A stretch of DNA of 64,000 nt from a virus (IMGVR_UViG_3300013383_000020:32001-96000); one strand, 5' to 3'. Shown: positions 37,527 through 47,497, numbered from the stretch's first letter. The notes: a model not told the origin generated them from the sequence alone. Made by a program: numbers and translations.

Positions 37527-39770
37527 GCACCAAATTGAAATCCTATGACAATATATCAGATGTAGATTTAGCAAGTTGGCAAGACTTAATCGAATTACAG
37601 AAAGAACATCTAACGCAGCTTGAAGCTGATTCATTAGAACTAATCAAAGAAAAGACAGAGAAGTTTAATACATATACTTCAATAATTCCTGTCTCTATGG
37701 GTAAGGATTCAATGCTTACCTGTCATCTAGTCAGAAAATTATATCCAGAAACCAAAGCAATATTTAATAACACATCGCTTGACTGTGCTGATACATACAA
37801 AATGGTTAAGACTTTTCCTAACTGTGAGATTATGAATCCTAAGAAGGGATTTTACCAGTATGTAGAATCAGATCACATGATCCCTACGAGATTTGCAAGA
37901 TTTTGCTGTAGGATTTTCAAGGTTGGTGTTATGGTATCCCAGCTTGACCACGACCATCCGTATCTTATGTGGATGGGAATGCGAAACGAAGAGTCAAATA
38001 CTCGTAGTGGTTATCAGGATGAATGGGTGAATGAGCAGGAATGGGGCAAGACCCGTTGGCAAGGTATTCTTCCTATTAGAAAATGGTCAGAGATGGATGT
38101 ATGGCTTTATACAATTTGGAAGAATATTGAGATAAATTCCAAGTATAAGAAGGGTTATTCTCGTTGTGGGTGGACTTTGTTACGCCCCTTTATATAGAAA
38201 TATATATCGAAAATGCAGTGAACACGTTTATCAGCGTGGTGTCAGATTAACGATGTTAGGAATTGTAGGAAATGACAATTAGTAATCTGGCTAACAGGGA
38301 AGCCTAAATCAAAGATGATATGGTAATCCTGTGCTAAGTCTTTTGGTTGAGACGAAAGGAAAGATAAAAATAAGTAGATTAGGAACAATTTATATTATAA
38401 GAAATAAATGTAATGATAAAGTTTATATTGGACAGACAACACAATCTGTTGAGGAAAGATTTAAACAACATCTAAAACCATCTGCACATAAAAAATTTGG
38501 TAATTATAAAATTTATAGAGCAATGAATAAATATGGTTCTGATAACTTCTATTGTGAAGTATTAGAAGAGAATATACCATATGAAAAACTCGATGAAAAA
38601 GAAGTATATTACATAGAAAAATTTGATGGTTTTCATAATGGATATAATTCTACTCCTGGTGGTGACGAAAAAACTATTTATAAAATTGATGATGTAAATG
38701 ATATTATCAATAGATTACAGACTGGTGAAATGATAAAAAACATTGCAAATGATTATGATGTTTGTCCTCATACAATAAGAAGAACTTTGCAAGCATATGG
38801 AATTAATACTCCAAGTGATATACAAGGCAAACATATTCGAGAAGATTTACGAACAATTCCAAGAGAAGAAATAAGGGAATTATACACAAAAGGACTATCG
38901 CATTCAGAAATTGCAAAGGAACTTGGTATAGATCAGAGAAGTGTTTCGAGAGTGGTAAAAGAACTTGGGATAGGGAAAAGAAACGTAATTGATTATAATT
39001 CGTTAGATTTAGACGCAATTTTGATTGATTTTGAAAAAGCCGAATCTGGCGAATTAAAGAAAAAAGATGTTTTGAAAAAATATGGCTTAAATCAACATTC
39101 ATTAAAAGTAATTAAGAAATTAAAAAATATATCATAAACGACCAAAAGAAAAGTCAATCGACTATTATGTAGGGCTGAGATTGATACAGCTCGAAGTGCT
39201 GCACACGAGTAATTATAGATTATTCTGAGTGATGTTCTGTCACAAACCTAACGTTAAACGAGGGTGATGATATAGTCAGTACTATATGAAAATATAGAAT
39301 TATATGGTAATATTGCGTGTCCGTTTTATACGAAGTCAACATGGATTTTGGACAAGTATTGGTATCCACAGGCTTATGAGAGATGGAGAAACATTTTAAA
39401 ACAAGACTTCATCGCAAATAAGAAATGGATAATCATGAACTGTACTATTGACGAATATCTTACACAGGCTTGGAATGGTGGAACATTCAGAGATGAACCA
39501 ACTGATGAAGTCATTAAAGAATTTGCTGAGTATAACGGATTGAATGTTGGCGACACAAAAGTAGCAAGGCAGTATTTTAATAAATATTGTGATGAGTGCG
39601 AAAAGAGAATAAAAGACAAGACAACGCTGGCTATGAACATGAAGTTCCACGGAAGAGATGTATCGAAGTTTTTGTGTAAGAAATGTTTTAAGAAATTGTA
39701 CGAGATGGATGATGATAAGTGGAATAAGTATGTTGAATCGTTTAAAAGAGATGGTTGTGCGTTGTTTTAA
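37517..39770 (+). CDS. PAPS-reductase/DndC-like PP-loop protein (N-terminus on inverted segment; exons 37517-38171 and 39307-39770)
   Basis: SMGKDS PP-loop, RFCC, GMRNEES..R, spliced GYSRCGCNIACP. Confidence 0.8.
38172..39306 (+). ncRNA. group I intron
   Basis: 5' splice after U with GGGU/GCCC P1; P7 elements GACTA (near 39160) and GATATAGTC (near 39270); terminal G; splicing restores the TGT Cys codon. Confidence 0.88.
38370..39137 (+). CDS. intron-encoded GIY-YIG homing endonuclease with C-terminal HTH repeats
   Basis: GTIYIIRN...VYIGQT...R...E...GYN; probable ATA start after AAAGGA. Confidence 0.85.
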   Translation: MSRLGTIYIIRNKCNDKVYIGQTTQSVEERFKQHLKPSAHKKFGNYKIYRAMNKYGSDNFYCEVLEENIPYEKLDEKEVYYIEKFDGFHNGYNSTPGGDEKTIYKIDDVNDIINRLQTGEMIKNIANDYDVCPHTIRRTLQAYGINTPSDIQGKHIREDLRTIPREEIRELYTKGLSHSEIAKELGIDQRSVSRVVKELGIGKRNVIDYNSLDLDAILIDFEKAESGELKKKDVLKKYGLNQHSLKVIKKLKNIS

Positions 39771-39875
39771 TAGAGAATAAGTAATTAGAGGTCACGAAAG
39801 CCTTGAAAAACAAGGCTTTTAGAATCTCAAAAGTCGAAGGAAATTTTTCTTTCTTGTGAAGATTGGAGGTGTGTT

Positions 39876-40199
39876 ATGAGAACAGAGAATATAAAAGTGA
39901 CATTTAAAATTCCAATTCCAGTTGATAAGCCTGACTTAAATGGTCATATATATTCAAAAGAAGCAATCAGAAATGCTTATAAAAATGTAAAGAATATTCC
40001 GATTGAGATGCCAAACAATGACGGTCAATTCTTTCCTATTGGAGTAGCACAGGAAGTTGAATTGATTGAAGATGACAATGGTGTGTATGTCACAGGAGTT
40101 GGTCTTGTCTGGCATGGTGGCACAGAAGAAAGTGTTGAGATGGTTGATGGCAAAGTAACGAGCTTTCATGTACGTGGCGTTGGGATCTCTAAAGATTAG
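39876..40199 (+). CDS. hypothetical phage protein
   Basis: GGAGGT SD. Confidence 0.7.
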   Translation: MRTENIKVTFKIPIPVDKPDLNGHIYSKEAIRNAYKNVKNIPIEMPNNDGQFFPIGVAQEVELIEDDNGVYVTGVGLVWHGGTEESVEMVDGKVTSFHVRGVGISKD

Positions 40200-40211
40200 G
40201 AGAATAATATT

Positions 40212-40529
40212 ATGAAGTTGATTAACAAATATGCGAACACAAAATACTCAAAAATGAGTGAATATTATTGTGAAATCACATCAGAGTTGGACAAACTTGT
40301 TGGACTTGATCTTAATGGACATTGGAAACATTATGTGCTTTGTGATTATGAAGATGGATGTTTTCCTATTAGAATTCCAGGTGGAACACTTGGAAGTATA
40401 GAGTACGATGAAAATAAAGTGATTACGAAAATTCATGTTTGTACTGATTATGTTGTGAAAACTTATCCTAATAATGTAAACGAACAGCTTCAGAAATTCA
40501 TTGGTCAGAAGATAGAGATAGGAGAATAA
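40212..40529 (+). CDS. hypothetical protein
   Basis: GGAG SD. Confidence 0.7.
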   Translation: MKLINKYANTKYSKMSEYYCEITSELDKLVGLDLNGHWKHYVLCDYEDGCFPIRIPGGTLGSIEYDENKVITKIHVCTDYVVKTYPNNVNEQLQKFIGQKIEIGE

Positions 40530-40533
40530 CCAT

Positions 40534-40881
40534 ATGGCAGATAGACAGACCAAAACTATACAGTGGACAATAAATCTACCCATGAATTTTCCTTCAGATT
40601 GGGATAATGACATGATAGAATTCCATCTAAACGAATCAAGTTGGTGTTGTAGCAATCTCATTAGTGAACTTGAAAAATATGATGAGGAAAATGGTTGTAT
40701 TTGTGGTATATGCGAAGCAAAAGTGACTGATAAGATAGAGAACTTAATAAGTAAAGAAAGAAATAAAACACTTGATGAAGTTCTAAAAGCTTGTGACATT
40801 GAATGTGGATTATATAGTGGCGATGTTAAGAATCTTACAAGACATGTTTTGATGAGAGTACTTGATGGATTGAGAGAATAA
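40534..40881 (+). CDS. hypothetical protein
   Basis: GGAG SD; Cys-rich. Confidence 0.7.
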   Translation: MADRQTKTIQWTINLPMNFPSDWDNDMIEFHLNESSWCCSNLISELEKYDEENGCICGICEAKVTDKIENLISKERNKTLDEVLKACDIECGLYSGDVKNLTRHVLMRVLDGLRE

Positions 40882-40904
40882 ATATCTGTGAGGTGGTGAA
40901 ATAG

Positions 40905-41594
40905 ATGAATGAAATAAAAAATGGTACAAGATTATATATAAACCTGACTAACAAATGTAATACAAACTGTCCATTTTGTTGTATGTATAGTGGAGTTGAC
41001 AAAGATAGGTTTCTTACATTTGAACAATTTGAGGACATAATTGATAATTGTACAACGGATTTTGAGCTTCAGTTAGAAGGTGGTGAACCACTTTTACATA
41101 AAGATATTTTTCTCTTTATAGAATACGCAATTCACACTAATAAATGTACTAAGGTAATCGTATTGACTAACGGAATTTTACTTCCAGCTTATATGAATAG
41201 ATTTATAGGCATTGCTAACTGGTACAATACTAAATTTGAATTTAAGATAAGTATTAATTACTTCTTGCTAAATCAAGCAAAGAAATCAGGCATAGATCAG
41301 TTAAAAGTATTTAGCAATATTGCATTTGCGACAGATTATATTCCAAATATAGATGTTATATTCAATGTAAGAAAAAGGCATAGTATTGATGAGTGGATCG
41401 AAAATGAGTTAGAAAAATATGATTTAAAGAAAAAATCTAATATTTTTTATTTACAATCATATGGAAAACTTACAGATAGCGATGAATATGATAAGCCAAT
41501 AATAGTTCAAAATATAGACGATTGGAAAATTTATGCCAGCGATGGAACATGTTTTGGACAAGATTTAATTGCCAGAAGCGAATATGAAAAATAG
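40905..41594 (+). CDS. radical SAM protein 1
   Basis: CNTNCPFC, GGEP, TNG. Confidence 0.9.
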   Translation: MNEIKNGTRLYINLTNKCNTNCPFCCMYSGVDKDRFLTFEQFEDIIDNCTTDFELQLEGGEPLLHKDIFLFIEYAIHTNKCTKVIVLTNGILLPAYMNRFIGIANWYNTKFEFKISINYFLLNQAKKSGIDQLKVFSNIAFATDYIPNIDVIFNVRKRHSIDEWIENELEKYDLKKKSNIFYLQSYGKLTDSDEYDKPIIVQNIDDWKIYASDGTCFGQDLIARSEYEK

Positions 41595-41606
41595 GAGCGA
41601 AATAGA

Positions 41607-42542
41607 ATGAACACAATTAAGTTTAGCAAAAGAGAGAATAAAACTACGGAGCAGCATAATTTGCAAATTACAAATATTGTAGATTCTAATATATTTGGTT
41701 CTCATCTAAAAATGTACACACCTTGTAATTTAAATATTTTTGTCACAGAGTCGTGTCAAAATAAATGTTTTTTCTGTATCAATGATAAGACGAATAAAAA
41801 TATACACATGCGTCCCTTATCAGATGAAGAATATATTATTGGGCTTAAAAAATTATTGAACGAACTTAATTGTGAGAATTTTGAAACAACCATTACTGGT
41901 GGAGAACCTACTTTAGACATTCATAGGTTTGTAGAAACTATGCGAATTTGTCATGAACATAATTTAAAGTGCAGGACAGTAAGCACAACAGGATTAAATC
42001 TCATGAGTTTGTATGATGGGAAACCACTGTGCCAGCATATGATTGAAAACAATTTTGTACATAACATCAACATAAGTAGAATGCATTATGATGAATCAAA
42101 AAATAACGAAATCTCTGGTGGAAGAAATATAACAGATAAGGATATCGAAAGATTGGCATTATTCTTCAAATTAAATAATGCCGAAATGAGAGTAAGTTGT
42201 AATCTGATAAAAGGTTATATTGATAATCCTGATGACATTTTAAAATTTATAAAACATTATATGAATCTTGGTGTTGAAACGGTTATGTTCAGAGAATTAG
42301 AAATGTGTGAGAATGTTAGATTAAATAATATTGTAGAAAGTATACTTGGATTATTTGAATATATAGAAACTTTACATGGAATGGTTTATGACGTAGACGT
42401 ATATAGTTACAAAGATTTAATCGTGAAACATTACAAAACTTTGGAGAATATAAATAAAGAGATAACATATTCACTTTCTTATAAAAATGGTATTGTGAAA
42501 GATGGTTTTATAGGAAATAAACTAAATGTCAAATTGACATAG
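41607..42542 (+). CDS. radical SAM protein 2
   Basis: CQNKCFFC, TGGEP, NISR. Confidence 0.9.
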   Translation: MNTIKFSKRENKTTEQHNLQITNIVDSNIFGSHLKMYTPCNLNIFVTESCQNKCFFCINDKTNKNIHMRPLSDEEYIIGLKKLLNELNCENFETTITGGEPTLDIHRFVETMRICHEHNLKCRTVSTTGLNLMSLYDGKPLCQHMIENNFVHNINISRMHYDESKNNEISGGRNITDKDIERLALFFKLNNAEMRVSCNLIKGYIDNPDDILKFIKHYMNLGVETVMFRELEMCENVRLNNIVESILGLFEYIETLHGMVYDVDVYSYKDLIVKHYKTLENINKEITYSLSYKNGIVKDGFIGNKLNVKLT

Positions 42543-42551
42543 GAGGTTAAG

Positions 42552-43631
42552 ATGATAAAGGTAGGTTCTGAACGAGAAATCAAATTTGATAAAGAATTAA
42601 GAAACAAAAGACATATGGCTAAAACATGTGGAACAAAAGATTACAATATTAATAATTACGATTTAAAAGAGTTTGAGTTTGCAACTGGCAATAAAAAAGT
42701 ATATGGGAATGTAAATTTCAATATTTTCATTGATGATTATTGCAACGCTGACTGTAAATTTTGTGTGGCTCAGTTAAGATATGAACATAAAAATGCTATG
42801 TATAACAAAGGTCATATAAAAGATGTAGATAAATATTTGAGTAGGCTTGATGAAGTTTTAAGAATCGCAAAAGCTTTAGATACATCGGTTAGTATTACAG
42901 GTGGAGAACCAACAATGAGTCCAATCTTAACAGAAGTATTAAAAATGGTTGATTCATATGGTTTTAGAAAACGAACCATTACAACTAATGGAAGTGGTTT
43001 ATTTCAAATCCAAGACAATGATACGATTCTGAATAATCTCATTAAATACAATTGGGATTATTTGAATATTAGTAGAGCAAGTTATGATGATGAACTTAAT
43101 CGTAAAATTATGAGATATGTATCAGATAAAGAATATTGTACTATGGATATGTTAAATGAAATTCTAAATATTTCTAATAAAACTAATCTAAAACATCGTA
43201 TCAGTTGTCTCTTACTCAAAGAGAGTGTAAATTCCGTTGAAGAAATGAAAAAGTATATTGATTTTTATAGTAAACTCGGTGTTAATAATTTCATTTTTAG
43301 AGAATTAATGGATTACGATAAAAGTGCGGTCAACACAGAAAAAATGAAATACTGCGATGAGAATAAGATTAAGTTATATGATATTTGGAATGATTTTGAT
43401 AAATATCCTGAGTTTGAACCATACTTAAATATTCTTGGATATTACTATTATGTGGAGATTTATAAATATTTAGGAATGACAGTAGCAAGTGAAACAGCAG
43501 ACTTGAATATCCAGAATCGTGAGGTTGCAGCACATGATGATGTTGTTTATGAGATGGTATTTCATAATAATGGTAACTTATGTGCAAGTTGGATTGATAA
43601 CGAAAGAATTTTAGACAAGTACATAGACTAG
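42552..43631 (+). CDS. radical SAM protein 3
   Basis: CNADCKFC, TGGEP, TTNGS, NISR. Confidence 0.9.
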   Translation: MIKVGSEREIKFDKELRNKRHMAKTCGTKDYNINNYDLKEFEFATGNKKVYGNVNFNIFIDDYCNADCKFCVAQLRYEHKNAMYNKGHIKDVDKYLSRLDEVLRIAKALDTSVSITGGEPTMSPILTEVLKMVDSYGFRKRTITTNGSGLFQIQDNDTILNNLIKYNWDYLNISRASYDDELNRKIMRYVSDKEYCTMDMLNEILNISNKTNLKHRISCLLLKESVNSVEEMKKYIDFYSKLGVNNFIFRELMDYDKSAVNTEKMKYCDENKIKLYDIWNDFDKYPEFEPYLNILGYYYYVEIYKYLGMTVASETADLNIQNREVAAHDDVVYEMVFHNNGNLCASWIDNERILDKYID

Positions 43632-43677
43632 AAAAGATTCGTTTCTTGTGAAAATTTGAAAGGAGATAAAAAGAATA

Positions 43678-44007
43678 ATGAAAGCGTTTGACAAAATTTT
43701 TGATGCAATTAACAGTCTTAATAGCAATATTACACATTTAATTGATTGTTATAAAAGAGAACATGATGATGTGATTAGAACCTATAACCACTATAGGGAT
43801 ATTATTCAGGAACAGGATAGAATTATTCAGTCATTGTTGAAATCACAAACAAACAACAAAGATATGGAGTGTATGGTATTTGTTCCATATAGAGGCAAGC
43901 CAGTCGTGATTAAAAATGGTGAGGTGGTCAGTACAGATAGCATGACTTCATTTGATGTTGATTGGTCTTATGATAGACGAATTGATGTGACCGTGAGAGG
44001 AGAATAA
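43678..44007 (+). CDS. hypothetical protein
   Basis: AAGGAG SD. Confidence 0.7.
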   Translation: MKAFDKIFDAINSLNSNITHLIDCYKREHDDVIRTYNHYRDIIQEQDRIIQSLLKSQTNNKDMECMVFVPYRGKPVVIKNGEVVSTDSMTSFDVDWSYDRRIDVTVRGE

Positions 44008-44011
44008 ATAT

Positions 44012-44194
44012 ATGACGGTCAAGGAGTTAAAAGAATTATTAGAAAACTTACCAGAAGATATACTTGTCTGCTGCAATGGCATAGGTGGCAAATACCTTAT
44101 AACAAACAATGGTATTGTTAGTGTTGATTCAGAAGATGAAGACTTCTTTGTAAGTGATGATGTTCTTGTGTTGTATACGGAAGGACAGCAATAA
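44012..44194 (+). CDS. small acidic protein
   Basis: MTVKELKELLENLPED... pattern. Confidence 0.65.
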   Translation: MTVKELKELLENLPEDILVCCNGIGGKYLITNNGIVSVDSEDEDFFVSDDVLVLYTEGQQ

Positions 44195-44224
44195 ATATCG
44201 GTTTCCTTGGGAGGTGAAAATAAT

Positions 44225-44461
44225 ATGATAACACCACCAGTAATACAAAGCTTAACAAACGAAAACACAATGTTGGCAAGTGCTTCTATAGAAGATTTAG
44301 AAGAGTATAAGAAAAATGCTTGTAAAATTCTTAGAAGTCAAACGCAGTGTGCTACTGCAAAAATCGTAGAAGAATTGATTGATCAGGAAATTATGAATAG
44401 GAAGATTATTGAAGAGTGGAATAAATTGTATGAGCAATTTCCTGAATACGTAGGAGTGTGA
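44225..44461 (+). CDS. hypothetical protein
   Basis: GGAGGTG SD. Confidence 0.65.
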   Translation: MITPPVIQSLTNENTMLASASIEDLEEYKKNACKILRSQTQCATAKIVEELIDQEIMNRKIIEEWNKLYEQFPEYVGV

Positions 44462-44464
44462 ATT

Positions 44465-44653
44465 ATGGCGGTAAAACATGTTAAAACGATAGATGCAATT
44501 GAGATAGAGGAAATTCTTACAAAATATCTTCATGTTTTTGATTGTGCATTAAAAATCATAGATACCAAAGATGGACAATCTGTTGTAGCAGAGGTTTATG
44601 AACGAGTAGAGAATAGTCTACCAGGAGGTGATACCAATAGAATTAGAGAATAA
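44465..44653 (+). CDS. hypothetical protein
   Basis: GGAG SD. Confidence 0.55.
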   Translation: MAVKHVKTIDAIEIEEILTKYLHVFDCALKIIDTKDGQSVVAEVYERVENSLPGGDTNRIRE

Positions 44654-45062
44654 TCCAAAACAGATTGAAGAAAATCTTAAAACTGTACTCACATTAGAAT
44701 ATATGGGAATTCATATTGAAGACACAAAAGAACAAGGGTTTAAACAGTTGTATTATTTCTCAGTACCAGAAAAAACAACACTAAAAGTTGAATCTGCAAA
44801 AGAACAGGCTGAGACGGCAGAAGACTTAATTGATGTTGCAAAAGCTGTTTTAACAGAAATGATTCTTGATTCGTGTAAATCTGAATTTAATGATGGAGAG
44901 GAAGACGAAGAATTTTACAAAGATGTAGAGAATAATATTTCAGACTACGCTTTATTCTTTGCAAAAGTCAGAAAAGGGGAAGTGTGGAATAAGGAAATGG
45001 GTAAAGCTGCTGTTAATAAGGCGGTTGAGCAGTTTAAAAATCCATCATACAAGCAGGTTTAG
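44628..45062 (+). CDS. hypothetical acidic protein (start probably ATA near 44637)
   Basis: GGAGGTG SD at 44624; open frame. Confidence 0.7.
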   Translation: MIPIELENNPKQIEENLKTVLTLEYMGIHIEDTKEQGFKQLYYFSVPEKTTLKVESAKEQAETAEDLIDVAKAVLTEMILDSCKSEFNDGEEDEEFYKDVENNISDYALFFAKVRKGEVWNKEMGKAAVNKAVEQFKNPSYKQV

Positions 45063-45253
45063 AAGGAGAATAACTATATGGACATTAAATATATAGGTGG
45101 AGCATATCAAATTGTAATATCAGACTTGCAGTATACAATTGGTTGCGACAATGTAATGAAATGTAAACAGAGATTTTTAGATATGATGTCAAAAGAATTT
45201 GATAAAGTCGTGAATGAAAAACTTGGCGATTATGGTTTCTATAAGGAGAATAA

Positions 45254-45619
45254 ATGAGTTGTAAATATCCAGTAGATAGTAGAAGTTATAAATTTTGTAT
45301 AGGATGTAGCGATGTAGATTGTTGCGAAGATGCAGTTACTTCTAACATACCTATGCCAGAAGTTCAGTCACCAAAGAATGTTATTCCGTCTGCATCAGAA
45401 GCAAATAAGATGACAAATCATGTGATTTTTGGTGATCAATTAGAAGATATAGGTGAGGAAATTAGAAAAACTATTAAAGAAGGTAAATTTTTTATTAGCA
45501 ACATTGGTTATCTTGAATCTGAAACACGAAAGAAGTTGAATGAGCTTGGTTATAAGGTTGAGACTGGAAGCAAGTACAATGAATCGTATTATATTATCAG
45601 TTGGGAAGAAACAGAGTAA
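45254..45619 (+). CDS. hypothetical protein
   Basis: AAGGAG SD. Confidence 0.65.
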   Translation: MSCKYPVDSRSYKFCIGCSDVDCCEDAVTSNIPMPEVQSPKNVIPSASEANKMTNHVIFGDQLEDIGEEIRKTIKEGKFFISNIGYLESETRKKLNELGYKVETGSKYNESYYIISWEETE

Positions 45620-45649
45620 ATTTCTTTTGGAGAATAAACATAAGGAGGA

Positions 45650-46555
45650 TTGATACATACGAATTTAGTACAAGCATTAGAAAAACAGATTAAATTCTGT
45701 GAAGCAAATGAAAATTATAAATGTGGTGTATTTGTAAGGACACAAGCTCAACGAGAGATTGCAACAAAATGTATTTCCAATCTATTATCATCTTCTGTAC
45801 AAGTTCAACATAGGGCTAGTAATCACGAGACAAGATTTTGGTGGAAAAATGGAAGCATTATTACAGTTCTTCAGGTTAATGACTATATACGAGGTCATAA
45901 ATTTAATGGTGCAATAATTGAAAATGAGATTGATAGAGATGTTGTTATTACTTTAATTATGCCATTTTTAATGGCAAGGATTGATTCTACAGGTCATAGA
46001 ATGGAAGAATTTGGCAGTGTAACAAGTAGGGTATTTACGGTAGATATTAATAATAATGATGTTATTGAAAGTCAAAATCATCCAATTTATATTTCAACCG
46101 AATGGCAGAGAAATTTAATAAATAATTTAGTACCTTGGCAAAGAAACATGTTAAGCAGAGGACTAAGAAATTCAAATATATTTATTGATGATTTATGTGA
46201 AGAAAGTTTTAAGAAGGAGTATATGTGTATGTTTAATAATCACACAGCAGCTTATAGAGTTGCACAGGTAGGAACAGATAAGATTTATATTTACAATGCG
46301 ACTGGTATTCCAAAAGAGAATATTAAATATGAGACAGAGTTCGTCAATAGAAATAAGGAAACTTATCTGAATATTAATGGCGAATATAAAAATGAGGATA
46401 TTGGATTTGAGAATGAAATTGATGTTCATTTACTTATTGATACTGATGTCTATGACAAATATGAAGTTGAGTTCCATGATGGTCTTGTTCTTGTAGTCTT
46501 ACATGAAATTATCAATAAGAAGCCTGTTTTAGAGGACGTTTCAAAGAATAATTAA
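45650..46555 (+). CDS. hypothetical protein, N-terminus resembling a degenerate terminase/helicase ATPase fragment
   Basis: NGSII...IRGHKFNGAIIENE. Confidence 0.55.
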   Translation: MIHTNLVQALEKQIKFCEANENYKCGVFVRTQAQREIATKCISNLLSSSVQVQHRASNHETRFWWKNGSIITVLQVNDYIRGHKFNGAIIENEIDRDVVITLIMPFLMARIDSTGHRMEEFGSVTSRVFTVDINNNDVIESQNHPIYISTEWQRNLINNLVPWQRNMLSRGLRNSNIFIDDLCEESFKKEYMCMFNNHTAAYRVAQVGTDKIYIYNATGIPKENIKYETEFVNRNKETYLNINGEYKNEDIGFENEIDVHLLIDTDVYDKYEVEFHDGLVLVVLHEIINKKPVLEDVSKNN

Positions 46556-46589
46556 AAGGAGAATAATATAATAAAAGAGAGGTACATAT

Positions 46590-47447
46590 ATGCCAGTACA
46601 TGATGATTTAGGCTGCCGTATGAAAACATTTTATGAGCAGATTCCAAAGACAAAATTAATGAAAAGGTGTCCAGTTGCTATCCGCATTGATGGAAAAGCG
46701 TTCCATACATTCACAAGAGGATTCCATAAGCCATTTGATAAAGTGCTAATTAAGTCAATGCAGGAAACAATGAAATATTTATGTGAGAATATTCAGGGCT
46801 GTGTTCTTGGTTATACACAGTCAGATGAGATTACATTGATCCTCGTTGATTATAAGAAACTTACATCTTCAGCATGGTTTGATTATGAAGTACAGAAGCT
46901 TTGTAGTATTGCTGCAAGTATGGCAACAATGGCATTTAATAGAGCTTTTGTAAAAGAAGTTAAAAAATATTCTTTTGAACTTAGTATGGGAATTCATACA
47001 GATGAAGAAAGAAGATTATTAGATATTTATGATAAAGCAATGGACAAGGGTGCAATGTTCGATGCTCGTTGTTTCAATATTCCAAAGGAAGAAGTAACTA
47101 ATCTCGTATATTGGAGACAATTAGACGCTTCTCGCAATTCAATTCAGATGATTGGTCAAGCCAATTTCTCACACAAGGAATTACAGAATAAGTCATGCAA
47201 TGACATTCAGGATATGCTTATGATTCAGAGAGGCATTAACTGGAATGATTTACCGACTTATCAGAAGAGAGGAAGCTGTTGTGTAAGAAATAAGATTGTT
47301 ATTGAATCTGATGGTGTTACAGCAACTGCACAGTTAAGAGACACTTCTAAATCAGAAAATGAGTGGATTATTGATACAGAAATTCCTATTTTCAAGGGTG
47401 AAGGCAGAGAATATATTGATAAGCTGGTATTTATCGGTGAAGAATAA
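46590..47447 (+). CDS. tRNA(His) guanylyltransferase Thg1-like protein
   Basis: RMK.YE, IRIDGKAFHTFT, YTQSDEI, FDAR, WRQ.DA.RNS. Confidence 0.92.
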   Translation: MPVHDDLGCRMKTFYEQIPKTKLMKRCPVAIRIDGKAFHTFTRGFHKPFDKVLIKSMQETMKYLCENIQGCVLGYTQSDEITLILVDYKKLTSSAWFDYEVQKLCSIAASMATMAFNRAFVKEVKKYSFELSMGIHTDEERRLLDIYDKAMDKGAMFDARCFNIPKEEVTNLVYWRQLDASRNSIQMIGQANFSHKELQNKSCNDIQDMLMIQRGINWNDLPTYQKRGSCCVRNKIVIESDGVTATAQLRDTSKSENEWIIDTEIPIFKGEGREYIDKLVFIGEE

Positions 47448-47455
47448 ATAATATA

Positions 47456-47497
47456 CTATATATAGTGATTACAAAATACTATAAGCACTATATATAG
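47456..47497. promoter_or_regulatory. tandem NrdR-box-like pair
   Basis: CTATATATAG at 47456 and 47488, 32 bp apart. Confidence 0.6.

Noticed and set aside
40905-43631. Calling the radical SAM genes viperins or QueE
   Set aside because: Only generic radical SAM motifs are visible and no companion 7-deazaguanine genes are present in the window.
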